A stretch of 64,000 bases of DNA from the NCBI GenBank assembly GCA_963718895.1, contig CAVRAG010000008.1, forward strand, positions 1,216,001 through 1,280,000. Reading direction: 5' to 3'. The notes below the pieces were generated by a model, which saw only the letters and a program-made list of their open reading frames with translations, did not search any database and had not been told where the DNA came from. The position numbers and the translations under genes are program-made. Source of the stretch: an uncultured Nitrososphaerota archaeon (GTDB lineage Archaea > Thermoproteota > Nitrososphaeria > Nitrososphaerales > Gagatemarchaeaceae). Below are positions 48,874 through 60,304 of the stretch, piece after piece (the stretch's first letter is position 1; each line of letters begins with the position of its first letter).

Positions 48874-51408
48874 TCAGACCCGTCTGAGCAGGTAGGGCAG
48901 GCAGACCCTGTCCGGTTCCTTTCTCAGGAACCCGGGCGCCCGGCTGAGCAGGTCGAATAACGGGCTCTTCATGCTGCAGTACTGCCCGACCATGACGTCC
49001 TTCCCGACCATCCCTATCTCGTCGTGAAACAGCTGACCTGTGAAGTCGAACATGTCCATGTGCTGTGGAGTGAACTTCACCTTCGAGGTCCCCGGGAGAA
49101 CTCCGCCGAAGACGTACCTGCACTTGAGCACTCCTTGATCCATGTAGTACCTGAACCTGAACATCACCGGGGAGAGAGTGGAATCTGAGATGAACCTACC
49201 CTCCCAGAGCCCTAGGACCTCTTCGGTCTCGGGCTTCCTCGTCTTCTTGGCGAAAATCTCCTGGAAGTCGTCCTGCGTCATGAAGTTGATGCTGTATCTC
49301 CTCGACATGGAGAAGGTGAGCACCTGCTCTCCTCTCGGAGGACCCCTACCCCCGAACGCCTTCCCGAGTATGGTGTCCTTGTCTACTATCTTGAGGAAGT
49401 CGTAGAACCCGGAGTAGAGCGCGTCGGTGTATCTGAGGCGAATCAGGGTGCCGAATCCAGGATAAGACTCGTCGAGAGCCTCATTCGCGGCGTTGACCGG
49501 CGTCTCGTAGGGATGGGTCACCCCCTTAACCCCGCCGTCTTCTTTCCGGAACTTCTTCCAGAACCCTCCCGCGTACAGCTCGACCCTCGTGACCAGGTCG
49601 CCGTCAGTCGGGAAGAATCCCTTCCAGTACCTGTCGTTGTAGATGGTCAGGGTATCTGTGTCGAATGACCAGTTCTCGCCGTCGACGATGTCCGCCTTGT
49701 CTGAATTGACGAGCGCCTCGCTGGGGAGAAGCGTGTCCCGCACCTCGAACATGTCACCGAGGCTCTTCGATCCGCAGTACATGGGCTGCCTTATCGAGCA
49801 AGCCTCGCCCAGGTCGTCCCCGATACTGACCGGCGCGAAGTCCTGGTCCCATCTGTGTATGATCTTCTCCGCGGTGATGGTAGCCAAGGACATGACCGTG
49901 AGCTGCGGATTGACGCCGACCGCGGTGGGGAAGACGCTGGCGTCGCAGACGAAGAGGTTCCTGAATCCATAGACCTGGCAGTTTGAGTCTACCACGCAGG
50001 TCGCCGGGTCGATCCCGATCTTGTTCCCTCCCTGGGGGTGAGCGGAACCCAGCAGCAGGTGCTTGGGGTCGTTCTTCATGGCGTCGATGAGCTCGGGAAT
50101 CTCCGCCTCGCTCGAGACTATCGGCTTCGCCATGTGCGAACTCACCACCCTCGTGGCGCCGAGCTTGAACCACATCTTCGCGATCAGTTCCGTGCCCTTC
50201 GCTATGTCACCCAGGGTTCGCGTGCTTGGTGAGTACGCCACCTTGGCCGATCCATCGTCGGTCAGGCTCACAGTCCCGCTCGACTCGTCGCGGACCAGTA
50301 CACCGGCCATGGCGAAGTTGTTGTACCTCTTCATGAGCTCGTCCCTCTCTACTCCGGCCGCTGAGATCAGAAGCGAGAACTGGAGCGGTGGAACGTAGAT
50401 TCCCTCCACCAAGAATCCTCCGTCCTGCACGCCGTTGGTCACGCCGAACTCGTGCAGCGTGTAGGCCATCGGGATCCCCTGGTTGCCCTTCACCTCGAAC
50501 TCGAAATCGCCGAGGATGAACGGCGCCGGATGGAGCGCCAGCCCCACACCCGCCTTACTCTGCGCAATCGAGTTCTTCAGGAGAAGACAGCTGGAGGCTA
50601 TGGTTCCGGCGGAGAGCACGACAATCCTGGAGTTTACCACTATCCTGTTCACGACGTTGTCGTCCCTGTCCAGGAAATCGCCCTCGACACTCTCGACCAT
50701 CCCGTCCTTGTAGTTGATCGACTCGGCCGAGCAGTTGCAGTAGACCTTGATGCTCGAACCCGGGTCGTTGAGCGCCCGGTGGATGTAGGTCACGCGCATG
50801 TCCTGCTTGGTCTCGTAGTGGCAGCCGAGATGGCAGAGGCCGCACTGCATGCAGTTGACGCAGTTCCTCGAGTTCGCATAGTGCTTCGTGTAACCCATGA
50901 GGTCGAGACCCCTTTTCAGCATCTGGCTATTCCTGTTCAGCTCGTCCTCCCTTACCGGGGTCACGCGGATCTCGTTAGAGACCTCCGCTGTGGCCCTGGC
51001 CCACTCGTCGTCTGTGATAGCGACTCCGGCGCTCCTCCACTGCGCGCTCGTCACGGCCGGGATTGGAAAGCAGACGGCGTCGTTAATCACGGTCGACCCT
51101 CCCAGACAGGAGCCTTGGGCAATCACGATCCGGAGGTCGTCCGTGAAGTTCATCCCGCAGTTCTTCCAGAGGAGGGGCATCATGTCCTCGTCCCTCTGGT
51201 TCATGTCCTCTCCCTCGAAGTATCCCCCCTTCTCGAGGAGCACCACCGACTTGCCCGCTGCCGCTAGCTTGTTGGCCAAGACGGCGCCCGCGGCACCGGA
51301 GCCTATGACGCATACGTCACAGTGCTCAACGACGTCGCCTTCGACCACCTGGTAGTTCTCCTTCCTTGGCCCCAGTCTTTCTGTCCCGAAGACCGCGTTG
51401 GTCGTCAA
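48874..51408 (-). CDS. GMC-family flavoprotein oxidoreductase with large C-terminal extension
   Basis: IGSGAAG, LGGSTVIN, CxxCGxCxxGC, SAHPQGG, DASVFPT..GVNPQLT. Confidence 0.9.
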   Translation of the reverse strand: MTTNAVFGTERLGPRKENYQVVEGDVVEHCDVCVIGSGAAGAVLANKLAAAGKSVVLLEKGGYFEGEDMNQRDEDMMPLLWKNCGMNFTDDLRIVIAQGSCLGGSTVINDAVCFPIPAVTSAQWRSAGVAITDDEWARATAEVSNEIRVTPVREDELNRNSQMLKRGLDLMGYTKHYANSRNCVNCMQCGLCHLGCHYETKQDMRVTYIHRALNDPGSSIKVYCNCSAESINYKDGMVESVEGDFLDRDDNVVNRIVVNSRIVVLSAGTIASSCLLLKNSIAQSKAGVGLALHPAPFILGDFEFEVKGNQGIPMAYTLHEFGVTNGVQDGGFLVEGIYVPPLQFSLLISAAGVERDELMKRYNNFAMAGVLVRDESSGTVSLTDDGSAKVAYSPSTRTLGDIAKGTELIAKMWFKLGATRVVSSHMAKPIVSSEAEIPELIDAMKNDPKHLLLGSAHPQGGNKIGIDPATCVVDSNCQVYGFRNLFVCDASVFPTAVGVNPQLTVMSLATITAEKIIHRWDQDFAPVSIGDDLGEACSIRQPMYCGSKSLGDMFEVRDTLLPSEALVNSDKADIVDGENWSFDTDTLTIYNDRYWKGFFPTDGDLVTRVELYAGGFWKKFRKEDGGVKGVTHPYETPVNAANEALDESYPGFGTLIRLRYTDALYSGFYDFLKIVDKDTILGKAFGGRGPPRGEQVLTFSMSRRYSINFMTQDDFQEIFAKKTRKPETEEVLGLWEGRFISDSTLSPVMFRFRYYMDQGVLKCRYVFGGVLPGTSKVKFTPQHMDMFDFTGQLFHDEIGMVGKDVMVGQYCSMKSPLFDLLSRAPGFLRKEPDRVCLPYLLRRV

Positions 51409-51992
51409 GTCGGCAGGACCGCCTCGTCCCAGCGCGTGACGTGCACGTGCGCCTCCTTTCGTGGCGCCTCCGGAACCTGGATGCCGTCGTAACCGAGGTC
51501 GGCCTGGAGCTGATCCCTGTAGACCGTCCAGCTCGTGATAGCCTCGACGAGGAGCGTTGAAATCTCGACCACATCGTCGTCAGATGAGTCTATCGCTCCC
51601 GCCTCGTTCCGAACAGCCGCGATCGTCCTGTCGAGGTTCCCCGCATAGATGTCGGGCTCGCCTGAGCTCGCCTCGACCTGACCTAGCTTTATCTGGAAAT
51701 CCATCCTCGTGGTCGTGTTCTTCTTGGGCGATGTCGTGAGTGTGATGGCCCCCTCCTCGTCCCTGACCATCAGGTAGACCGACGGCTGATTCTCGAACCA
51801 GTCCTTGAACGCGGCCGCGTCGAACGTCATGCTGAAGCTTCCTGACGCGTCCAGCCCCGACTTTCCCAGTCTGTCGTCAGGATGACCAAAGATGCCTGGG
51901 TCCTTGTCGAACGCCTGGACGACGTATCCTTTGCTTGTCGTCCCGTCGCTCTCCCTCACCCTCCCCGTAATCCTGTAGTTTCCCGCGGACAA
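51405..51992 (-). CDS. Hypothetical protein with transthyretin-like N-terminal domain
   Basis: ITGRV....V.AFDKD....DDRLG....G.F; 4-bp overlap with the GMC gene. Confidence 0.65.
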   Translation of the reverse strand: MSAGNYRITGRVRESDGTTSKGYVVQAFDKDPGIFGHPDDRLGKSGLDASGSFSMTFDAAAFKDWFENQPSVYLMVRDEEGAITLTTSPKKNTTTRMDFQIKLGQVEASSGEPDIYAGNLDRTIAAVRNEAGAIDSSDDDVVEISTLLVEAITSWTVYRDQLQADLGYDGIQVPEAPRKEAHVHVTRWDEAVLPT

Positions 51993-52140
51993 CCCGGGTA
52001 TTCAAGCAGAAGAAGCATGTGGTCATAGTTATGCGTTGCGCTGGTGGATTCCGCGGAGTCATACCGCGGCTTCGGACCGTCTTGGGCCAAAGGGCACCGC
52101 ATCCCCTATATGTCCAACCAGAGTGGAGCGGCTGGAGACC

Positions 52141-53010
52141 ATGCTCGTAGAGACCTTCGAATACGCCGTGAACAACAGGGAGCAGATCCTCTCGAAGATC
52201 GACTTCAGGGAACACGAAGCGGCAATCAGGAAGGCCGGCGAGCTCTGGACCGACTACGACCCGTCGGGGGGCCCCTCGTCGGCCAGGCTGGTCGGGATCG
52301 ACAGCAGCTGGAACTTCATGCCCTATCAGGGGTTCTATGTCTACGCGGTCGACGCCGTCTCCGTCCAGGGCGACGGGTCTTGCCTGGTCCCGCCCCTCTA
52401 CGACGTGGGTCTGAGCACGCTGCAGGTCAAGTCGGGCGAGGAGTACATCAACAGCCCCCAGCTCGCCCTCGAGAGCATAGGAATGGACTATGAGTTCGAG
52501 CAGGCAAAGAGCTGTTCAGGGAAGGCGGACTACACGCTGGTGGACGGGTCCCTGCTCGCCAGGTACTACGACCGGAAGAGGAGGAAGGAGCGCTCATTCT
52601 ACGACACCGCGAAGGAACTCATCAAGCAGCAGGGCACCCTGTACATCAGCAAGAAGTCGTTCAGCAACGTAGCGCTCGGAGGGGGACTCGGCGACATGTT
52701 CTACTTCAACAGAATCTCCTCCCGTCCCGGATACTCGGCACCTTTCCTGGACAGGAGTGGGGTCAGCGTAAGCTACCTACGTCTCGCGGAAGACACCCCG
52801 TGCATAAAACTCGAGATTCCTGGGCCGGCGGAGAAGCCCGACATCGAGAGGCTGATGGGGTTACTGGACCGAGACAGCGTCGACGGATACCCCTACGTTC
52901 TTAGACTCGCTCACGAGAAGGGCAAGATCAGTCACGAGGAGATGGAGAAGATGGCGAACATGCTCGGCTTGCAGGTGGAGTTCGGGGGTAGACAGGTGCT
53001 TGGAGAGTAA
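52141..53010 (+). CDS. nurA: NurA nuclease
   Basis: GIDSS, LVDGSL, ISK, GYPYVLRLAHE. Confidence 0.9.
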   Translation: MLVETFEYAVNNREQILSKIDFREHEAAIRKAGELWTDYDPSGGPSSARLVGIDSSWNFMPYQGFYVYAVDAVSVQGDGSCLVPPLYDVGLSTLQVKSGEEYINSPQLALESIGMDYEFEQAKSCSGKADYTLVDGSLLARYYDRKRRKERSFYDTAKELIKQQGTLYISKKSFSNVALGGGLGDMFYFNRISSRPGYSAPFLDRSGVSVSYLRLAEDTPCIKLEIPGPAEKPDIERLMGLLDRDSVDGYPYVLRLAHEKGKISHEEMEKMANMLGLQVEFGGRQVLGE

Positions 53011-54508
53011 CGCCGACCCGCTGGGGATCGTAGTAGGCCAGACGAAACCGCACTACTTCCGCTTCCTCGCGAAGAGAGCGATCAGCATGGGAGAGTACGT
53101 CACGGTGGGCTCGCCTGCGGGGACGATACTGGGGCTGACGGAGGACAGCACCACTAGGAGCGACCTCCTCGACAAGATGTCGGACTTCCCTACGGCTCTC
53201 GAGGCGAGGAGGGTCGCGGTCAAGAACTCGCGGGATAAGTCCTACAACGCGTCGGTGAAGGTCGTCGGCCTCCTGGACCACCTGAGGAACGGGAAGGTTG
53301 TGTTACCTTCTCTACCTCCGGAGCCCGGAAGCGAGGTCTTCGAGGCAAAGGCTGACGAGATAAGCGACATTTTCGACAGAAAGGAGAGAGAGTGGGTCCA
53401 GATTGGGAGGCTCTTGCGGAACACGGACGTCAGGGTCTCTGTCAACGTAGACAAGGTCGCGTCGCGACATCTCGCGATCCTCTCGGTCACCGGAAGCGGC
53501 AAGTCGAACCTCCTGGCGCTCATGGTCAAGCAGGTGGCCCTCCTGCAGGGGACCATGATAGTCTTCGATTACCACGGTGAGTACTCCGAGCTGGACATCA
53601 AGGGTGTGGTCCATGCCGAAGGAAAGATCAACCCGCGTTTTGTCAACTCAGAACAGCTGGCAGACCTCTGCGACATGCGGGGGAACGCCGACGTCCAGCG
53701 TACGGTGCTCGGGATGGCCTTCACGGAGGAGGTCAGGTCCTCCTTCAAGTTCTGGGACACCCTGCTCCAGAACGTCCGTGACATAGGGGAGAAGCAGAAG
53801 CATCATGCGCGCGCTGCGGCCAGGGTCGAGGACATCATACAGGTTGCAGTTAAGCGGATGCGGGCGGTCGTCGACCCGGGAGTGGGGGACGTGCTCGACC
53901 AGATCAAGCCGTCCAGGGTCAACATCCTGAACATGCTGGAGTTCACCGAGAGGCAGGCCAACGCCGCCATATCATACTACCTCGAGGAGATACTCGACGA
54001 CAGGAAGCGCGCGATGCGGAGCCGGGGCGAGGAGACGAAAATCAGATTCAAGACTCCCATAATCTGCGCCATAGAGGAGGCCCACGCCTTCATTCCGGCT
54101 GACCAGAACACAGACACAGCCTACATAGCCTCGAAGGTCGCCCGCGAGGGAAGGAAGTTCGGGATGTCCCTCATCGTCGTGTCGCAGCGCCCGAGACGGG
54201 TCAGCCAGGACGTCCTCAGCCAGATGGGGTCGTTCGCGATAATGAAGCTGACTAACCCGGAAGACCAGGCGCACGTCACGGAGGCGAGCGAGGCGATATC
54301 AGAGGACCTGCTGCGCAACCTTCCCTCGCTCAACACCGGGGAGGCGGTGCTTCTCGGGGAGTGGGTGAACATCCCCGCAGTCGTCAAGCTCGACCTGGTC
54401 ACCGAGAAGAAGACGGGCTCGGACATCAGCGCCACGGCTCTCTGGGCGGGCCAGCAGGCGATGAGCCAGGTCGCCCGGGAGAGCACCAAAGGCTTCATGG
54501 TGGAGTGA
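53000..54508 (+). CDS. herA: HerA helicase/ATPase
   Basis: RHLAIL..TGSGKS, DYHGEY, IEEAH, REGRKFG, SQRP. Confidence 0.95.
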   Translation: MESNADPLGIVVGQTKPHYFRFLAKRAISMGEYVTVGSPAGTILGLTEDSTTRSDLLDKMSDFPTALEARRVAVKNSRDKSYNASVKVVGLLDHLRNGKVVLPSLPPEPGSEVFEAKADEISDIFDRKEREWVQIGRLLRNTDVRVSVNVDKVASRHLAILSVTGSGKSNLLALMVKQVALLQGTMIVFDYHGEYSELDIKGVVHAEGKINPRFVNSEQLADLCDMRGNADVQRTVLGMAFTEEVRSSFKFWDTLLQNVRDIGEKQKHHARAAARVEDIIQVAVKRMRAVVDPGVGDVLDQIKPSRVNILNMLEFTERQANAAISYYLEEILDDRKRAMRSRGEETKIRFKTPIICAIEEAHAFIPADQNTDTAYIASKVAREGRKFGMSLIVVSQRPRRVSQDVLSQMGSFAIMKLTNPEDQAHVTEASEAISEDLLRNLPSLNTGEAVLLGEWVNIPAVVKLDLVTEKKTGSDISATALWAGQQAMSQVARESTKGFMVE

Positions 54509-54518
54509 CAGAGGGCCG

Positions 54519-55686
54519 ATGCTCATCCTCCATACCTCCGACACCCACCTCGGCTACGCGCAGTTCGACCTCGAGGAGAGGGAGAAGGACGTCTACGACG
54601 CGTTCTCCGAGGTCATCGAGACGGCCGTCAAGGACAGGGTGGACGCCGTCGTGCACGCAGGGGACATATTCCACATCCCGAAGCCAGCGGGCAGGCCGCT
54701 GGTCAGGCTCGGGGAGGGGATCAAGACCCTGCGCGAGAACGGCATCAGGTTCTACTTCACGCTCGGAGAGCACGACATCCTCAGGATGCGGGGGACGCCC
54801 TCCGCCCTCCTGTTCCAGAAGCTGGGTCTCGCAACCTACGTCGGCGACGGAACCCCGGTGATAGACGGGGACCTGATGATTGTTGGGTTCCACAAGAGGA
54901 GGAACGTCGAGATAGAGGAGCTCTTCCGAGGCTTCGCGGCAGGCTGACCAGGCCGCGAAGGACCACCCTGAGAAGAAGAGGGTCGTTGTCATCCACCAGG
55001 GGCTCAAGGAGTTCCATCCTTTCGGAGAGGAGATCACCGTGAACGACCTGCCCCGGAACTTCGACTACTACGCGATGGGGCACCTCCACGACCACGACGA
55101 GAGGCGATTCGAGCGGCTCGCAGGGCCCGGTCTGCTATCCCGGGTCGATCGACCCCACGCTCCTCGGAGGGGATCAAGGAGTTCAAGAAGGGATTCTACC
55201 TGGTCGACCTCTCCGGTTCGGAGACAAAGCCTGAGTGGGTCGGGCTGAAGTCGTCGCGCCAGCAGTTCAGGTTCGACGTCGAGTACGAAAAGCTCCGGGA
55301 GGACGATTGAGGGGATCAAGAGGAAGATCGAGCGAGAAGTCGCTCGAAAAGAAACCTGTCGTGCTGGTGAGGGTGAAGGGCGAGGAGATTGACAACGCGC
55401 AGGGTCTCGGCCGCGGTGTCCGGCCTGAGGGACCTCTGCCTCTACCCGGACTGGGAACCGATACTCACCGATGGAGTTGCGGGACAGCAGGTCCTGACTG
55501 AGAGACCCGGTGATGTACAGGAGGAGATGCTCCGATTGGCGACGGACGGCCCTAGGAGACGAGGATAGAGCGAGGTTTGCCGTGAGAGAGCTTCTCCCAC
55601 TCCTGGAGAGGGGTGAGAACGAGGAGGCCCTCGACCTTGTGAACAAGGCTTTCGAGGCCTCGCGCTTCAGGGGGGCGGTCCGGTGA
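54519..55686 (+). CDS. mre11: Mre11 nuclease (several frameshifts)
   Basis: HTSDTHLG, HAGDIF, GEHD, HQG, YYAMGHLH spread across frames; TGA overlaps the rad50 GTG. Confidence 0.85.
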
Positions 55687-58200
55687 TAAAGAACGTAGTC
55701 CTCGCGAACTTCATCTCCCATGGTAAGACCACCCTCCCGCTCAGGGACGGGATTACCGTCTTCGTTGGAAAGAACGGGGCGGGCAAGTCCTCAGTCATAG
55801 ATGGGATAACCTACGCTTTCTACGGCAAGCACTCGCGAGGCGACAACGCAGGCCTGGTGAAGGAACGAGCCGAGAACGCGTCTGTGACGGTCGACTTCTC
55901 CTCGGGAGGGAAAAGGTATAGGGTCCAAAGGGTGCTTAACAAGAAAGGGCAGCTGGAGCGGTCCCTCCTTGTCGAGCAACTCGCGGGAGGCGATGTAAGG
56001 CAGCTCGCGGCGGGAGAAAGGAAGCAGTTCGGTGAATCGATGACAGGCGAGATCGCCAAGATTCTCGGTCTGAACTACGAGCAGATGATAGTCGCAGGGA
56101 TAATACAGCAGGGGGAGCTGGACTCCATCGTCGATCTGAAGGCAAAGGACCTGAAGGACCTGGTGAACAGCGCCATAGGGATAGACAGGCTCGACGCGGC
56201 CTATGACTCGATGCGCGACGTCACAGACTCCTTCCGCGCGGTCGTCAGGAACAAGTACGGCTACGACGACCAAGACCTCCCGAATATCGTCAGCGAGATT
56301 GCGGAGACCGAGACAGCCCTCCAGACGAGCCTGTCCGAGCTCGGGAAGGTGGAGTCGGAGCTGGCTGTGCTGAAGGAGGATGAGAGAGTCCTGGAGAACG
56401 AGGTGGCCCTGCTCGAGCCTATGAGGCAGAAGGCCGCGCTCATGCGCCAAAGGTTCGACGAGCTCGTGGAGTACGTGGACGGCAAGAAGAGGGAGCTGGC
56501 GGAGGAGAAGGCGGATCTCGAGTTAGAGGTCGCATCGGCGCGGAAATTCCTGACGCTGCTCAAGGGTGAGAAAGTCCTCGGCGAGAGGGAGAGGGAAGCA
56601 CTCAAAGCGCGGAACGACAATGAGACGTCCTTGAACGACCTGTCTGGTAGGATAGGGGAGCTCGAAGCCCTCAGGGGGAGGCCAAGGGAGCTCGCAGGCG
56701 CCATCAAAGAGTGCAGAGAGGCTCTTCTAATCTTGCGCAAGGCAGACTCGATTACGGAGGGATTTGAGGCAGCGGAGACGCTTAACAGCCGACTCGATGC
56801 CGAGTCTGCGCTCGTGCAGAGTGAGATAGGGAAGCTTGAGGGGAACGAGGAGACAGCCCAGAAGCTCGTCTTCAGGGATCACATCTGCCCGATATGCGGG
56901 AGTCACGTGGAGAAGATCAACGAGCTCTTCGACGCCAAAGTTCTGGAGGTACATCTGAGCGAGAACCGCGCAAGAATCAAGCAGCTCGGGGAGGAGAAGC
57001 GGAAGGCGGACATCGAGTTCAAGCGCCTCCAGGAGCAGAGGGTGGCACTGGAGAGGGCTTCAGGGCTCTTGGACCGACACCAGGTGTCGGGTGGGGGCGA
57101 CGTCGAAAAGCTCGAGGCAGAGAAGAAGGAGCTGGAGTCGAAGTTGCTGGGTCTGCCGAAGTTGAAGCAGGACCAAAAGTCTGCAAGGGAGGGGAAGGAT
57201 AAGGCGGATGGGGAGCTCGCCGAACTGAGACGCCTAAGCGACGAGCTAGTCAAAGCCAGAGCATTTTTGGCCGACCACAAGATTTCCGCTTCGGATGACG
57301 TGCAGAAGCTCGCAGCAAAGATTGACGCTCTCGAAAGGACCATTGGTTCCATCCCAAAAGACATCCGGAAGACGCTGAAGACCGGAGACCTTGGCGCGCT
57401 CGCGTCGCTTTCGGTCGACGAACACTCTGCACGGCTGGGCGAGCAGGTGCGGGACCTGAGTGCCGAGGCTGAACGCTTCGACGAGAAGGCGTTCTCTGCC
57501 AAGGTGGCCGAGCGGAACGAGATTACAAAGGTTCGCATTCCGAAGAAGAGTATTGAGGAGGGCCGCGTGGAAGAACGGGAAGGAGAAAGCGGAGAAAAGT
57601 CTGGAGGTCCTGAGGAAGGCGGCGGTCGACCTGCAACAGGTCTCAGAATACCTGAATCTCCTCGAGAGAATCCGGAGCAGGGTATACCACAGGGACGGGG
57701 GCGTATCCAGGAGCGTGAGGTCTTGGGCCCTGACCCAGCTCAGCAAGAAGGCTTCGGAATACGCCCGCCTCTTCGAGATAGGCGTATCCAGCATCATGAT
57801 AAAGGAGACCGGTAGGGACATGGAGATCGACTGCTACGGACCGAGGGGGCACGTGAGGACGAGCTCGATGAGCGGCGGGGAGAAGGTGGCCATAGCCCTG
57901 GCGCTTCGCTTCGCGCTCGCCTACGTGATGGGCGGCTACAAGCTCGATTTCATCATACTCGACGAGCCTACCGTGCACCTTGACGCCGAGAGGAAGGCCA
58001 AGCTGGTCAACATAATATCGCGCCTGGGAGGAGAGGAGAGCCCGCTCAAGCAGATAGTGATCATCACGCACGACAGCGAGATATTCGACAATGCCGACGT
58101 CGACGAGGTCTGGAGGTTCGAGTCGGCCGCGGATGGGTCTCACGTCACGAAGGGGCTGGGGGAAGAGGTTCCGCAGGGTTTAGGCGTCTCGTCGCAGTAG
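55683..58200 (+). CDS. rad50: Rad50 ATPase (frameshift near 57550-57600)
   Basis: GKNGAGKSS, CPICG hook, SGGE, LDEPT, ITHD. Confidence 0.92.
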
Positions 58201-58232
58201 AGACGTTTAAGAATCCGGACCAGCTCAAAGGG

Positions 58233-59558
58233 ATGATTCAACTGCCCAGGAGGATTACTTGGCTCTCAAACGTGATGGCCGCCGAGGCCATCGGCTTCGA
58301 GGAGAAGGGCGCCAGGTCCATCGAGGTCGTCGAGAATCCTCCAGCCTGGATGTGCCTCCAGTGCCGAGGGGCGAAGCTGCTCTGCGGCAAGCCGCGCTGT
58401 CCGATAATCGTGAAGGCTCAGTCGATGGGGAGGGTAGGCGACGCTCCTTACTCGGACGTGATCTCAGGATCGTCGCCTCCGGGCGTCTTCGTTGGGAGGC
58501 TAGGGTATCCGAAGGTATCGATAGGACCTATGGTGCCGGCACAGTACGGAGACACGACGGTGCTGGACACGCCCGAGCAATGGCTGGGGAGGCCCATCGA
58601 CACCATAATCGACTACCGCTACTCGCTGGTGAGAGGCAGCACCAGAGCCCTCGTCGAGGACGCGGCGAAGCCCGGCTCGGCGCTGCAGAAGCTCCAGGAG
58701 CTCTCGATGGCCGCGCGTCCCGTCGACTCCGAGCTGAGGCTATCGAGGCACCCGAGAAAGATGCTGACGCTGAGCGAGGACTCGCAGCCCTACGGGCCGT
58801 CGGCACCCACGGAGAACTTCAAGACAGGGAACGTCTCGGTCGACAAGAGGATCGAGAAGGCATACTACGACAGAGACCTCAAGGCCTCGGACGCGATCTT
58901 CTCGCTCTACAGGGACGGCGCGATCGTCACCAGGCTCCAGCGCGCGCTCAGCATAGGGATGTTCGGAGAGGGCCATCGGAGGAAGCTCGTGCCCACTCGG
59001 TGGTCCATCACCGCCGTCGACAGCGGGATCAGCCTCAGGCTGCTCGAGAGGGTGAAGACCTACCCGACCATCGACGACTACAGGGTGTACAGGTACAGCG
59101 TCTACGACAACCAGTACGTCGCCATCCTGCTCCCCGAGCCGTGGAGGTTCGAGTGGATCGAGGCGTGGTTCCCAAACACGACCTGGAACCAGTACACCAA
59201 CGAGCCCTACATGATCGGCGACTTCGAGGAGCACTTCGGGAGGAAGACCTACGCCAAGGTTGGAGGGTGCTACTACTCGACGAGGCTCGCAGTGGCCGAG
59301 GAGCTCGAAAAGGAGAGGAAGCAGGCAGCGGCGATAGTGCTCAGGGAGACGTACCCGGGATACCTGATCCCGCTGGGGGTCTGGAACGTAAGGGAGAGCA
59401 TCAGGGCGCTCATGAAGGAGGAGCCGCAGAGGTTCGACACCTTCCGGGGTGCTCTCGACGCTGCTCTGAGCCAGATGTCTATCAGCAAGAAGAAGTGGTC
59501 GGGCACGTCGGTCCTGATCTCGAGGGAACTGACGCAGACGAAGATCACGGCCTACTGA
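58233..59558 (+). CDS. nreA: Nre DNA repair protein
   Basis: CLQCRG..LLCG...CP, SPPGVFVG..GYPKV, LVPTRWSITAVD, GGCYY; C-terminal PIP box QTKITAY. Confidence 0.92.
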   Translation: MIQLPRRITWLSNVMAAEAIGFEEKGARSIEVVENPPAWMCLQCRGAKLLCGKPRCPIIVKAQSMGRVGDAPYSDVISGSSPPGVFVGRLGYPKVSIGPMVPAQYGDTTVLDTPEQWLGRPIDTIIDYRYSLVRGSTRALVEDAAKPGSALQKLQELSMAARPVDSELRLSRHPRKMLTLSEDSQPYGPSAPTENFKTGNVSVDKRIEKAYYDRDLKASDAIFSLYRDGAIVTRLQRALSIGMFGEGHRRKLVPTRWSITAVDSGISLRLLERVKTYPTIDDYRVYRYSVYDNQYVAILLPEPWRFEWIEAWFPNTTWNQYTNEPYMIGDFEEHFGRKTYAKVGGCYYSTRLAVAEELEKERKQAAAIVLRETYPGYLIPLGVWNVRESIRALMKEEPQRFDTFRGALDAALSQMSISKKKWSGTSVLISRELTQTKITAY

Positions 59559-59595
59559 ACGTTCATAGACCGGCGCCGCCAAGGGAGGGCTTAGC

Positions 59596-60304
59596 ATGAC
59601 CAAGCCCCTGTACTGGGAGGACATGTACACCAGAGAGTTTGATGGCAAGGTGCTGTCGGTCGAAGGCAACAAGGTGGTCCTGGACCAGACCGCCTTCTAC
59701 CCGAGGGGCGGAGGCCTGGTCTCGGACACAGGCAAACTGGGGGCGGCGACGGTCACGGAGGTCGTCAAGGAGAACAACGAGGTCGTCCACGTGGTCGACC
59801 ATCCAGAGCTCCTGAAGGTTGGCGAGGCCGTGCACGGCTCGATAGACTGGGACAGGCGCTACAGCGTGATGAGGATGCACACGACGGCCCACATACTCTG
59901 CGCCATAGTGAACAGGGAGACCGGTGCGCTGATCACGGGCAACCAGATCAGTCCAGACGAGTCGAGGATCGACTTCAACCTCGAACAGTACGACAGGGAG
60001 AAGATCTCTGACTACGTGAAGGCCGCGAACGACGTCGTTGCGCGCGGGTCTCGAGGTGAAGAGCTACTTCATGAACAGGGAGGAGGCGCTCAGGATGCCA
60101 GGCCTCGTCAAGCTCGCAAACGCGCTCCCGCCTTCGGTCGACGTGCTCCGCATAGTGCAGATAGGCGACGTCGACACCCAGGCCGACGGAGGCGTCCACG
60201 TCGGGAACACAAGGGAGATTGGCGAGATCATCGTGAACAGGGCCGAGAACAAGGGCAAGAACAACCGGAGGCTGTACTTCTCGCTAAAGCAGCCTGCTAG
60301 CTAG
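59596..60304 (+). CDS. alaX: Alanyl-tRNA editing protein AlaX (frameshift near 60045)
   Basis: FYPRGGG, MRMHTTAH, DGGVHV, KGKNNRRL. Confidence 0.9.

Noticed and set aside
36975-59672. Long alternative-frame/antisense ORFs (e.g. 36975-38027, 58259-59599, 58740-59672, 43616-44200)
   Set aside because: Shadows of high-GC codon bias over recognised genes or RNase P RNA; Arg/Gly-rich with no motifs
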